From NCBI GenBank assembly GCA_965262725.1, contig OZ253555.1:3136001-3200000 (forward strand): a stretch of DNA of 64,000 nt. Reading direction: 5' to 3'. Below the pieces are notes generated by a model. It made no database searches. It was not told the origin of the DNA and saw only the letters and a program-made list of their open reading frames with translations. Below are positions 19,613 to 29,465 of this stretch, one piece after another. The stretch is from Dehalococcoidia bacterium (GTDB taxonomy: Bacteria; Chloroflexota; Dehalococcoidia; UBA2979). Numbering within the stretch: position 1 is the first letter of the stretch; each line of letters opens with the position of its first letter. Both the position numbers and the translations under genes were made by a program.

Positions 19613-20929
19613 TCAGTCCAGCTCCCTCATCCGCGGCACGAACGCGATCACCACCGCTGAGGTCACCACCAGCGCCAGTGACACCCCGGCCATCACCCTC
19701 TGCACCCCGAACCACTCCGCGAGGACGCCGATGAAGAACGCGCCGATGAAGAGCAGGGAGAACTGCGTCATGTAGATGGAGAGGACGCGACCCCGGTAAC
19801 GCTCCTCCACGTACGCCTGCACCAGCACATTCGAGAGCGAGAGCCGCACGGCCGTGCCGACGCCGACCACGATCAGGATCAGGGAGGAGAGCCAGAAGAC
19901 GCTCGAGACGGCGAAGAAGAAGAGCGAGACGCCGGTGAGGAGCGAACTCGCCATCAGCAGGAGGCCGCGGTGGCGGTCGGGGAGGGAGGCGACGGCGAGC
20001 GAGCCACCCAGCGACCCGATGCCCGTGATCGAGAGGAGGAACCCGAGGGAGCCGGCGCCGCCCCCGAACACGGTCTCCACGAAGCCGGGCAGGATGATGA
20101 TGTAGGGCATCGCCAGCACGACGGTCACGAGGTTCACCGCGAGCAGCGTGCGGATCGTCGGTTCGCCGGCGATATAGCGCAACGCGTCGAGCGCGTCCCC
20201 CGTGGCGGAGCGGGCGCGGCCGGCGCCCCCGTGCCCCGCAGGGTGGGTCAGGCGGGTCGGGATAGGCATGATCCCGAGAATCGCGACGAGGTAGAGAGCG
20301 GCTGTCACGCCATAGCCCCAGTCGGCTCCGGCCCACGCCGTCAGCGCCCCGCCGGCGGCGGGCGCGAAGAGCCGCATCGACTGCATGCCGGCGCTGTTCA
20401 GCGCGATCGCGTTGGTGAGTCGGCCCGCCGGGATGATATCGGGGATCATCGACTGCCGGGCCGGCATCATCAGGGACATCACCACGCCCTGCACGGCGGC
20501 GCTCGCGATCAGATGCTCGACGCGCAGCCAGCCGCCGGCCACGATCGCGGCGAGCACGACCGCGTTCGCGACGTTTACCACCTGCCCCGCCTGCACGATG
20601 TGCTTGCGCGGCAGCCGGTCGGCGAGGATCCCGCCGGGGAGCGAGAGCGCGAGCATCGGCACGGCCTGCGCGAGCGACATCAACCCCAGCGCGGCGAAGG
20701 AGCCGGTGAGCTGGAAGATCAGGTAGCCGCGCAGCAGCTGCTGGAGTTGCATCGCGCCGGACTGGCCCATCTGCCCGAGGAAGAACCAGCGGAAGGCCGG
20801 CTCGCTAAGCGAGGCGAACGTCGTGCGAGCGAGCCGCCCCCCTCCGCCAGCAGCCGCGGGCCGCCCGAGGGCGAGGGGCGCCCCGGCGGCTTCGATGGCC
20901 GGCACCGCGCCCGGCCCGCCGACGGTCAC
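19613..20929 (-). CDS. MFS transporter
   Basis: About 12 hydrophobic segments; GGILADRLPRK; YRGRVLS. Confidence 0.88.
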   Translation of the reverse strand: MTVGGPGAVPAIEAAGAPLALGRPAAAGGGGRLARTTFASLSEPAFRWFFLGQMGQSGAMQLQQLLRGYLIFQLTGSFAALGLMSLAQAVPMLALSLPGGILADRLPRKHIVQAGQVVNVANAVVLAAIVAGGWLRVEHLIASAAVQGVVMSLMMPARQSMIPDIIPAGRLTNAIALNSAGMQSMRLFAPAAGGALTAWAGADWGYGVTAALYLVAILGIMPIPTRLTHPAGHGGAGRARSATGDALDALRYIAGEPTIRTLLAVNLVTVVLAMPYIIILPGFVETVFGGGAGSLGFLLSITGIGSLGGSLAVASLPDRHRGLLLMASSLLTGVSLFFFAVSSVFWLSSLILIVVGVGTAVRLSLSNVLVQAYVEERYRGRVLSIYMTQFSLLFIGAFFIGVLAEWFGVQRVMAGVSLALVVTSAVVIAFVPRMRELD

Positions 20930-21063
20930 GGGCGTCGGAGCACGAGGCGGCGGCGGGACGGACGACGGGAGCCGGGACGGTCGAGCGCGATGTCGGGGAG
21001 GATCGTGTCCACGATGCGGCTATCGTGCCACGGACGGGCCCGCCGCGCGCGCGGGCGGCACGC

Positions 21064-22695
21064 TCATCCCCCGACGGCCGGCAGCGCCTCCGCCACGAGC
21101 GATGCGAGCGCGCCCGGCGCGCCGGTGCCGTCGAGTACGAGCCGCGGCCCCTCGTCCGCGCCGAAGGGCTCGAAGCGCTCGCGTTGGAGCCGGTAGACCA
21201 CCTCGTCGGCATCGGAGACGCGCAGCGGATCCGAACGCCGTGCTGCGATGCGACCGAGCGCCGCCTCCTCCGGCAGGCGCAGCTCCACGGTGAGAGTGGG
21301 CACATCCGCCTCCTTCGCCACGCGCCGGGCCGCGGCGCGGTGCCGAGCGGAGGCATGCGTCGCGTCGATCACCACCGCGCGGCCCGAGCGCAGGTGTGCC
21401 GCTGCGCCGCGGCGCAGCTCCCCGTAGGTCCGCTCGGTCATCTCCCGGCCGTAGAGCCCGGAGCCTGCGCGAACCCGCCGGCGCGCATCGAGGGCGGCCA
21501 GCTCCTTGCGGGTCGCATCCGAGGAGAGGTAGGCGCAGCCGAGGCGACCGGCGACGGTGCCCGCGAGCACCGACTTGCCGCTCCCCGGCAGGCCGCAGAC
21601 GAGCACGAGCGCCGGCTTCGCGCGGCGGCGGGCGTACTCCGCCGCGAGCGCGAAGTAGCGCGCGGCCGAGGCCCGGAGGCGCGCGCGGGCGACGGGGGGG
21701 ATCTCCTCCGCGCGCGCTCCCAGCGACTCCACCTTCCCCCGGACGAACGCTCGTTGGCAGCGATGGAGCGGCTGCAGCACGCCGAGCGCCTCGTCTCGGG
21801 AGCCGACGATGTAGTGCCCCACCAGCTCGTCCCCGAGCGCGCCGTGGCCGAGCGATTCAAGATCCATCGCGGGGAAAGCCAGATCGTATCCGACGTCGAG
21901 ATAGCGGAATCGATAGTTCTCGCTGAACTCGATGCCGTCGACGGCGAGCACACGCGTGTTCCCGTCGTCCCCGGCAGGGAGGAGGTAGATATGCCGCGCC
22001 TGGAGGTCGCCGTGCCCCTCGACCACCCGCCCGGAGTCGGCCCGCTCGTCGAAGAGAGCCGCCTCCCGCTGAAGCGCCTCGGCAATGAAGTCCATCGTCT
22101 CCGACGCGTCGGCCGGATCCCATGTCCCCCCGATGTTTGCGCGCGCCTCGTCCCGTTCGCGCTCCCACCAGTTCCGCTCGGCGCGGGCGCCGGCGAAGTC
22201 CGCGCCCCCCGGCGCGCGCGCGGCGGCCTCGTGGAAGCGGAGGAGCGTCCCAGCCAGGAGCTTCGCGACACCGGGGTCGGCGGCAGGCGCACCCAAGAGC
22301 TGGTCCAGCGTGCGCTCGGCCGGGAGTCGCCGCATCTTCACCGCCCACTCGACGACAGGGACGGCCCCTGGCCGGACGGTGAGACCGTGCGCCCCCGGGT
22401 CGACGACGTGCCGACCCCCCGCGAGCCGCACGATCGGGACGACGCCCAGGTAGACCCCGGGGGCGAGCCGCTCGTTGATGCGCACCTCCTCGTGGCAAAA
22501 ATGTTCGCGGCGCTCGAGCGAGAGCTGCTCGATGAAGCTGAAGTCGACCGGCTTCTTCGCCTTGTAGACGAACTCCCCGGCGAGGAAGACGTAGGAGATG
22601 TGCGTCTGGACGAGTTCGACCGCGGTGGGGCGGGCGGCGTAGGCGCGGGGCTCTGTGAGGTCGCGCACCCACGCCGGGAGGGGAGTCTCGCTCAT
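21064..22695 (-). CDS. APH-like kinase fused to AAA_33 P-loop domain (Rv2004c-like)
   Basis: QTHISYVFL, YKAKKPV, HGDL, DGIEF, GLPGSGKS. Confidence 0.88.
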   Translation of the reverse strand: MSETPLPAWVRDLTEPRAYAARPTAVELVQTHISYVFLAGEFVYKAKKPVDFSFIEQLSLERREHFCHEEVRINERLAPGVYLGVVPIVRLAGGRHVVDPGAHGLTVRPGAVPVVEWAVKMRRLPAERTLDQLLGAPAADPGVAKLLAGTLLRFHEAAARAPGGADFAGARAERNWWERERDEARANIGGTWDPADASETMDFIAEALQREAALFDERADSGRVVEGHGDLQARHIYLLPAGDDGNTRVLAVDGIEFSENYRFRYLDVGYDLAFPAMDLESLGHGALGDELVGHYIVGSRDEALGVLQPLHRCQRAFVRGKVESLGARAEEIPPVARARLRASAARYFALAAEYARRRAKPALVLVCGLPGSGKSVLAGTVAGRLGCAYLSSDATRKELAALDARRRVRAGSGLYGREMTERTYGELRRGAAAHLRSGRAVVIDATHASARHRAAARRVAKEADVPTLTVELRLPEEAALGRIAARRSDPLRVSDADEVVYRLQRERFEPFGADEGPRLVLDGTGAPGALASLVAEALPAVGG

Positions 22696-22888
22696 GCCGG
22701 GACCGTAGGGAGAGCGCTCACCGGCCGTCAATCGGGGATGGAGGGGTCGACGCCCACCCGGCGCCCGAACGCGCCCGGCAGCGCCGTCGCCGCACCGCCT
22801 GAGAGGGGCTAGAGTGGCCGCCGGCCCGGCGGCTGAAGTCGACCCGGCCTCATCCGGCCCCGAGGGGGCGCGGGCATCAGGGACCGCG

Positions 22889-23824
22889 ATGCAGCCGACA
22901 CAGCACTTCTTCCAGTCGCAGCGGCTCCGTCTCTCCTACTGGTCGTGGGGAGCGGTCGCCGACCCCGGAGACGAGTCGCAGCCTCCGCTCGTGCTGGTGC
23001 ACGGCGGGCGCGACCACGCGCGCTCGTGGGACGGGGTGGCTGAGGCCTTCCGGGCGGACTACCACGTCGCGGGCTACGACCTCCGCGGCCACGGCGACTC
23101 GCAGTGGGCCACAGGGAGCCACTACAGCGTCAGCGACCACCTGCTCGACCTCATCGCCTTCGTCGACGTGCTCGGCGGACGCGCCTCGGTCATCGGCCAC
23201 TCCTTCGGCGGCCTCCTCGTTACGCTCGCCGCCGGCCTCTTCCCCGAGCGCTTCGAGCGCGTCGTCGCGATCGAGGGTAGCGGGGCGCGCATCCACCGCC
23301 GGCGCGACGCGACGCCGGACGCGCTCCGCGAGTGGGTCGAGCGCACCCGCGGCTACGAGCGCCGGATGCCGCGCGTCTACACCTCGGTGGAGGCCGCGGC
23401 GGAGCGGATGCGCCAGGTCAACCCCCGCCTCCTGCGCGAGCTCTCGCTGCATCTTGCGCGTCACGCCACGCGCTCCGCGGGGGATCCCGGCGACGCCGGG
23501 CACCCCTCGGGGAGCGGCTACGTCTGGAAGTTCGACAACTGGGTCGACGCGCGGCCCCCGGTCGAGCTGAGGCCGGAGGAGGCGGAAGCGATCTGGGCGG
23601 AGGTACGCGTCCCCGTGCTGCTCCTGATCGGCGCCGAGTCCCATCAGCGCGGGCACCAGGACCCCGAGGACGCCGCCTTCTTCGCCGACGGGCGAGCCCT
23701 CGAGATCGAGCGAGCGGGGCACTGGCCGCACCACGACCGGCCCGCGCTCGTCGTCGACCTGGTGCGACGCTTCCTTAGAGGAGAGGAGCCGACGCTCCCC
23801 CCGGAGTCCGGCCCCGCCCCCTGA
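22889..23824 (+). CDS. Alpha/beta fold hydrolase
   Basis: HGGRDH, DLRGHGDS, GHSFGG, AGHWPHHD. Confidence 0.9.
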   Translation: MQPTQHFFQSQRLRLSYWSWGAVADPGDESQPPLVLVHGGRDHARSWDGVAEAFRADYHVAGYDLRGHGDSQWATGSHYSVSDHLLDLIAFVDVLGGRASVIGHSFGGLLVTLAAGLFPERFERVVAIEGSGARIHRRRDATPDALREWVERTRGYERRMPRVYTSVEAAAERMRQVNPRLLRELSLHLARHATRSAGDPGDAGHPSGSGYVWKFDNWVDARPPVELRPEEAEAIWAEVRVPVLLLIGAESHQRGHQDPEDAAFFADGRALEIERAGHWPHHDRPALVVDLVRRFLRGEEPTLPPESGPAP

Positions 23825-23855
23825 GCGAGGCTCCGTCGGGCGCCGGGGACCCGCG

Positions 23856-23864
23856 TGCTACACT
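23856..23864 (+). promoter_or_regulatory. Extended -10 element (TGcTACACT) ahead of the cobalamin riboswitch
   Basis: Sequence match a few nt before the aptamer. Confidence 0.5.
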
Positions 23865-23869
23865 CGCAT

Positions 23870-23980
23870 CCGTCACGGCGCAGAGCCCGGGGAAGCCGGT
23901 GGGAGTCCGGCGCTGTCCCGCAACTGTGAGCCGCAATCTCCGTCGGAGATCGCGGCGAGCCAGAGCACCGGCCTGTGATC
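23870..23980 (+). ncRNA. Cobalamin riboswitch
   Basis: GGGAAGCCGGTGGGAGTCCGGCGCTGTCCCGCAACTGT...GAGCCAGA; upstream of a btuCD-like pair. Confidence 0.93.
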
Positions 23981-24142
23981 GTTATGTCGGCCTGCGAGGA
24001 CAGGCGACGGCTGGCTGTGAGCGTAGCTGCACCCTCGTCCTCGTCGCAATTTGCTGCGTGCCGCGGAGGAGCGCCCCCGCTGGCGAGCGAGGCGTGGGAG
24101 ATGCGGCGTGTCCCACAGCACCCCGACCGGAGGTCGTCGCCC

Positions 24143-25231
24143 GTGACGGTGCGCGGCCGCCTCCACAGGTTCGGACCGGCCGGGAATCCGGGGGCGCGGC
24201 GGTACGGCTCGATCCCTCCGCTGGCGCTCGCCACGGTGCTGCTCGTCCTCGCAGCCGCGGCCGCCCTCACACGCGGCGCCGCCTCGATCCCGCCCGCCAC
24301 CGCCCTCGGCGTGATCATCGAGCGGCTCCCGCTCCTCCCCGTCGAGGTCGACGCGCCGGCGAACTGGGAGCGAATCGTCCTCGACGTGCGCCTGCCGCGC
24401 GTCGCTGCCGCCGGGATCGTCGGCGCAGCGCTCGGCTACGCGGGCGCCTCCTATCAGGGCGTCTTCCGCAACCCTCTGGCGGAGCCGTTCCTGCTCGGCG
24501 TCTCCTCGGGCGCGGCGCTGGGCGCGGCGATCGCGATCCTCTCGCCGCTGCCCGCCGGCTCCTACGGCTTCGGCTGGGTGCCGCTGTTCGCGTTCACCGG
24601 GGCGGCTCTGACGGTGCTCCTGGTGTACCTGCTTGCGCGCGCTGGCGCCGCCGCGAACGACGCCACGCTGATCCTGGCCGGCGTCGCGATCTCGGCGGTC
24701 CTCTCCGCAGCCACGTCGTTCCTGCTTCTGACCGGGGGGGAGCAGGCGCGTCCGATCTTCTCGTTCCTCTTCGGGGGCTTTAACACCGCGAGCTGGGAGC
24801 GAATCGTGATCGCGACGCCCTACATCCTCGCCGGGGCAGCCGTCGTCGCCCTGCACGCAAGGGCGCTGGACGTGCTGCAGCTCGATGACGAGCAGGCGGA
24901 GCAGCTGGGCGTCCACGTCGATCGCGCGCGGCTGACCGTCCTAGGCGCGGGCTCGCTGATGGCGGCGACCGCGGTAGCGATGGCCGGAATCATCGGATTC
25001 GTCGGCCTGATCGTGCCGCACGCGGTGCGGATGCTCGTCGGCACGAGCCATGCGAGCCTTCTGCCGCTGTCGGCCCTCGGGGGTGCGAGCCTCCTCATCG
25101 CGGCCGACCTCGTCGCGCGCACGGCTCTCGCCCCGCAGGAGGTGCCGGTGGGAATCGTGACCGCGGTTGTCGGCGGTCCGTTCTTCCTCTACCTGCTGCG
25201 AGCGCACCGCTCCGGGCTCGGGCCGCGATGA
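24143..25231 (+). CDS. FecCD/BtuC family ABC permease (probable cobalamin)
   Basis: VRLPRV, FRNPLAEP.LLGVSSGA, IGFVGLIVPH; GGAGG RBS. Confidence 0.9.
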   Translation: MTVRGRLHRFGPAGNPGARRYGSIPPLALATVLLVLAAAAALTRGAASIPPATALGVIIERLPLLPVEVDAPANWERIVLDVRLPRVAAAGIVGAALGYAGASYQGVFRNPLAEPFLLGVSSGAALGAAIAILSPLPAGSYGFGWVPLFAFTGAALTVLLVYLLARAGAAANDATLILAGVAISAVLSAATSFLLLTGGEQARPIFSFLFGGFNTASWERIVIATPYILAGAAVVALHARALDVLQLDDEQAEQLGVHVDRARLTVLGAGSLMAATAVAMAGIIGFVGLIVPHAVRMLVGTSHASLLPLSALGGASLLIAADLVARTALAPQEVPVGIVTAVVGGPFFLYLLRAHRSGLGPR

Positions 25232-26073
25232 GCGCCGGAGTCGCCCTGGCGGCGCCTCCGACAGCTACGGCTGGCCTGGCGCCGGCGGCGGTGCTTGAGG
25301 CGCGCGACGTCGTCGTCGAGACCGGCGGAGCGCGGCTGCTCAGCGGTGTCGACGTCGCGCTCGCGTCCGGCGAGCTCGTCGGACTCATCGGCCCCAACGG
25401 CGCCGGCAAGAGCACGCTTGTTCGCGCGCTCACCGGGATCACGCCGCTCGCCGGGGGATGCGTGACGCTCAGAGGACGCCCGCTCGCGACGATCGCCAGG
25501 CGCGAGCGCGCCCGGCAGATCGCGGTTGTAGGGCAGATGCCGGACGCTCCGGCCTCCCTCACCGTCGCCGACCTCGTGCTGCTCGGTCGCTTTCCGCATC
25601 TCGGGTTGCTCGGCCGCGCCGGCGTGCACGACCGCGAGCGGGCGGCCGACGCGATGCGACGCGCCGGCACCCTCCGACTCGCCTCTCGCAAGCTGGGGAC
25701 GCTCTCGGGAGGCGAGCGCCGCCGCGCCTTCATCGCGAGGGCGCTCGCGCAGGAGCCCGAGCTCTTGCTCCTCGACGAGCCGACGGCCCACCTCGACATC
25801 GTCGCGCAGGCAGATCTCTTCGCCGTGTTGCATGAGCTCGTCTCCGGCGGCGCGGGCGTTCTGGTCGTCGTGCACGACCTCACGCTCGCCGCCGCGCACT
25901 GCGAACAGCTGCTACTCCTCGCGCGCGGTCGCGTGGTCGCGCACGGCGCCCCGTGGGAGGTCGTCACCACCGAGAACATCGATCGCGCCTACGGCGCCGG
26001 CGTCGAGGTGATCGCGGACCCGCGCAGCGGGGGCCCGCTCGTCGTTCCGGCCGCCCGCCAGCCCGGGGCGTGA
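25228..26073 (+). CDS. BtuD/FepC-like ABC ATPase
   Basis: GPNGAGKST, LSGGERRR, DEPTAHLD. Confidence 0.9.
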   Translation: MSAGVALAAPPTATAGLAPAAVLEARDVVVETGGARLLSGVDVALASGELVGLIGPNGAGKSTLVRALTGITPLAGGCVTLRGRPLATIARRERARQIAVVGQMPDAPASLTVADLVLLGRFPHLGLLGRAGVHDRERAADAMRRAGTLRLASRKLGTLSGGERRRAFIARALAQEPELLLLDEPTAHLDIVAQADLFAVLHELVSGGAGVLVVVHDLTLAAAHCEQLLLLARGRVVAHGAPWEVVTTENIDRAYGAGVEVIADPRSGGPLVVPAARQPGA

Positions 26074-26240
26074 TTGGCACCTCAACCGACCGCCGCTGCG
26101 GCCGCACGCCGAACGCGCTCCCGGAGAACGCCATCGCCCGATCCCATCGGACGCGGCTGCCACGTTTCCGCACATCGCGCGACCGGCGCATGGTATGGCG
26201 GTAACGCGGAGGCCGAGGGACGCGGGGGAGGGACGACGGG

Positions 26241-27296
26241 ATGCGCTACGGGATTCAGCTCGCCTCGCCCGGCGCGTACGACTCGCCGGCCCTGGCTCGT
26301 GCCGCCGAGGAGGCGGGGCTCGACGACGCCTTCGTCGCGGCGACCGGGTTCTACGTCGCGGTCCCGGGGTTGATAGCCGCCACAGCGCGCATCCGCGTCG
26401 GGACGGGGATCATCCCCCTCTTCCACGGCACGCCGTTCCTGCACGCCGCGACCGCCCTGCAGCTGCAAAAGATGGCGCGTGGCCGTTTCGTGCTGGGCGT
26501 CGGGTCGCAGACCAAGGGGCAGGTCCGCCGCATGGCCGGGACCGAGATCGACCGCCCGGCGATGCGCTCGCGCGACATGATCCGCGCGATCCGCGCGCTG
26601 ATGGCGGGCGAGGTCTACGCGGGCGAGTACTATAGCTCCGACCCGCCCGGCGGCTTCGGCCTCGAGCCAGGCGACGAGCCTCCGCCGCCGATCTACCACT
26701 CCGGCGTCAATCCCCTGAACCTGCGGGTGGCGGGAGAGGTCGCGGACGGGCTGGTCGGCCACCCAATCTTCACGCCCCGCTACCTCGACGAGATCGTGGA
26801 GCCGCAGGTCGCCCTCGGGCTCTCGCGCGCCGGACGCGAGCGCTCTTCCTTCGATCTCTGCGTCGCACCGATGGTGTGGGTGACGGATGCGCGGCACCCG
26901 CGCGAGCAGGGCGAGCGGATCGCGCGCCGCGCCCTCTCCTTCTATTTCTCCACGCGAGCCTACGGGAGCTTCATGACCCTCCACGGCTGGGACCGCGAGC
27001 GGGAGGCGATCCGCGCCATCTGGGAGCGGGCGCAGGCACGCGGCGTGCGTGTCGACCCCACCGAGATGGAGGCGGTGATTCCCGACGCGATGGTCGAGGA
27101 CGGGTGCCTCGTGGGGAGCGCCGCGGAGGTGCGCGACATGCTCCGCGACCGCTTTCAGGGCCGCGCCGACACCGTGCTCCTCTACTCGCTGCACGACTCC
27201 TACCTGCGAGGGCGGGAGGAGGGAGGGGTGAGCGGCGCGAACTTCCGGCGGGCCATCGAGGCCGTCGCGCCGCTCGCAGCGGAGGCGCGGGCCTAG
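26241..27296 (+). CDS. LLM class (probably F420-dependent) oxidoreductase
   Basis: TARIRVGTGI, GRFVLGVGSQ, AGEVADGLVGHP. Confidence 0.85.
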   Translation: MRYGIQLASPGAYDSPALARAAEEAGLDDAFVAATGFYVAVPGLIAATARIRVGTGIIPLFHGTPFLHAATALQLQKMARGRFVLGVGSQTKGQVRRMAGTEIDRPAMRSRDMIRAIRALMAGEVYAGEYYSSDPPGGFGLEPGDEPPPPIYHSGVNPLNLRVAGEVADGLVGHPIFTPRYLDEIVEPQVALGLSRAGRERSSFDLCVAPMVWVTDARHPREQGERIARRALSFYFSTRAYGSFMTLHGWDREREAIRAIWERAQARGVRVDPTEMEAVIPDAMVEDGCLVGSAAEVRDMLRDRFQGRADTVLLYSLHDSYLRGREEGGVSGANFRRAIEAVAPLAAEARA

Positions 27297-27357
27297 CCTC
27301 GCGCCGCCCGCACCGGAGCGTTCCCCGTACTATTCGCGGGCAGGGGAGGGAGTCGAG

Positions 27358-28116
27358 GTGAGCAAGGCGACCGGCACCGACCAGTTGGGGAGGCGCGCGA
27401 AGATCGGCGTCCTCGTGCCCGCGACGAACACCGTCGCCGGGCCGGAGTGCGAGGCGCTGCGCCCGCCGGGCGTGACCAACCACCCCTCGCGCATGGCGCC
27501 GGCGCGCCGGCCGACCGACGACATGGAGGGCTACCGGAAGAGCATCGGAGCGGGCGAGGAGGCGTCCTGCGACGCCATCGACCTCGTCACCCCGTGCGAG
27601 CCGGGAGCGATCCTGCTCGCGCACTCCATCGACTCCTTCTTGGGCGGCGTCGCCGCCGCCGAGCAGCTCGCCCAGAGGCTGACCGATCACGCCGGCGTGC
27701 CGGTGATCGTCCCCTCGCTCGCGGCGGCCGCGGCGCTTCAGGCGCTCGGTGGCATCCGTCGCATCGCGCTGCTCACCCCCTACATGCCGCCCGGCGACGA
27801 GGTGTGCGAGGCCTTCTTCTCCGACGCCGGCTACGACGTGCGCCGCGTGCTCGGGCTCCGGTGCCAGGGGGCGCTCGCCATCGCGGAGGTGCCCGCCCCC
27901 CGCATCGAGGAGTCGCTCGATGAGCTCGACGGCGACGACATCGACGCCATCGTGCAGGCGGGTACCAATCTGCCCATGGCTCACCTCGTCGCGGGCGCCG
28001 AGCGCCGGCTGGGGAAGCCCGTGCTCTCGATCAACGTCGCGAGCTACTGGCAGACGCTGCGCGGGCTCGACATCCGGGACCGCGTCTCCGGCTTCGGAGC
28101 GCTCCTCGAGCGCTGA
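27358..28116 (+). CDS. Maleate isomerase/AMDase (Asp/Glu racemase superfamily) protein
   Basis: GVLVPATNT, IALLTPY, GTNL, LGKPVLSIN. Confidence 0.85.
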   Translation: MSKATGTDQLGRRAKIGVLVPATNTVAGPECEALRPPGVTNHPSRMAPARRPTDDMEGYRKSIGAGEEASCDAIDLVTPCEPGAILLAHSIDSFLGGVAAAEQLAQRLTDHAGVPVIVPSLAAAAALQALGGIRRIALLTPYMPPGDEVCEAFFSDAGYDVRRVLGLRCQGALAIAEVPAPRIEESLDELDGDDIDAIVQAGTNLPMAHLVAGAERRLGKPVLSINVASYWQTLRGLDIRDRVSGFGALLER

Positions 28117-28230
28117 GCCGCTCCGTCCGGCGCCCTGCGGCACGCCGCCGAATCGCGGGAACGGAGGACGAGCGTGCGGACGCGGGGCGATGCCGGCGAC
28201 CGCGGCGTCGGCCGTGCGGCCGGCGAGCGG

Positions 28231-29388
28231 ATGAGGCGGGCGACGCCCGCCGCGCTGGGGCGTCCCCGCATTCCGGGAACGCGCGCGCGAGGCGGAGACG
28301 CTCGCGCCGCCCTGCTCGCCGCCCTGCTCGCGATCTCCCTCCTCTCGTGCGATGCACCGGCGCCGGCTCGGGACGCCACCGCTCCCCCCAACCCCCCAGC
28401 CACGGCCACCGTAGCTCCCACGGCCACAGCGGCCGCGACCGCGGCGCCGACCCCGGTCACTCCCGCTTCGGCGGCCTCCCCGGCCTCACCCGGCCCCACC
28501 GGTACCGCGGCAACCGCTTCCACGCCCGCCGCCACGGCGCTACCGCCCGTCCCCACGACGCCAGCAGCGACGCCGACCTCGACTCCCCCCGAGTCCCCTC
28601 CGCCCATCCAACTGGAGGTCGTGGTCACACCGATCGCGTCGGGGATTCCGGCCTACGACCGCGACGAGTGGAGCCATTGGCGCGACGCCGACGGCGATTG
28701 CCAGGACACGCGCCAGGAGGTGCTGATCGACGAATCACGCCTCAGGGTCAGCTACGAGAGTGGGCCGAACTGCCGCGTGGGGTCGGGGCTCTGGGTCGGT
28801 CCCTACACCGGGCTCGACTTCACTCATCCGGGCGACCTCGATATCGATCACATGGTGCCCCTGCACAACGCGCACCGCTCCGGGGGATGGGCGTGGAGCC
28901 GGGAACGCAAGGCCGCCTACGCAAACGACCTGAGCTACGACAACCACCTCATCGCGGCGCAGAGCTCGGCCAACCGGCGCAAGGGCGCGAGCGGCCCCGA
29001 GCAGTGGAAGCCGCCGCTACGCAGCTACTGGTGCCACTACGCCATCGACTGGATCGTGATCAAGCAGACCTGGGATCTGACCTCCACTGAGAGCGAGCTC
29101 GCGGCCCTGCGGTCGATGCTGGAGGAGTGCACCGACCCGCCGGCGCTCACGGTCCGGCGGGAGGACGCGGCGGCCCCGGGCCGGACGGGCGAGAGTACGG
29201 CCACGCCGGCGCCGCCCTCGGTACTCCTCTACGATCCCGCCGGCCCCGATCGCGATTGCGGAGACTTCCCCAGCTGGGCCGAGGCACAGGCCTTCTATAC
29301 GGCGGCCGGGGGGCCGGGCAGCGATCGACACCGGCTGGACGGTGACGGCGACGGCATCGTCTGCGAGTCCCTGCCGGGCGCGCCGTAG
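28231..29388 (+). CDS. Lipoprotein with DUF1524/HNH nuclease and Excalibur Ca-binding domain
   Basis: LLSC lipobox, Pro/Thr/Ala linker, DIDHMVPL, ANRRKG, DRDCGDF...LDGDGDGIVCE. Confidence 0.82.
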   Translation: MRRATPAALGRPRIPGTRARGGDARAALLAALLAISLLSCDAPAPARDATAPPNPPATATVAPTATAAATAAPTPVTPASAASPASPGPTGTAATASTPAATALPPVPTTPAATPTSTPPESPPPIQLEVVVTPIASGIPAYDRDEWSHWRDADGDCQDTRQEVLIDESRLRVSYESGPNCRVGSGLWVGPYTGLDFTHPGDLDIDHMVPLHNAHRSGGWAWSRERKAAYANDLSYDNHLIAAQSSANRRKGASGPEQWKPPLRSYWCHYAIDWIVIKQTWDLTSTESELAALRSMLEECTDPPALTVRREDAAAPGRTGESTATPAPPSVLLYDPAGPDRDCGDFPSWAEAQAFYTAAGGPGSDRHRLDGDGDGIVCESLPGAP

Positions 29389-29465
29389 CGCGCGCACCGG
29401 TCGGCCACCAGAGTCCATCCATCGTGGCGAGCGCGTAGACTCCCCCGCCGTGGGAAGGGACGGGT

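Noticed and set aside
14889-22695. DosR-like regulon suggested by the DosS-type GAF and the Rv2004c-like kinase
   Set aside because: The genes are separated by unrelated ones, and no response regulator or shared operator is seen.
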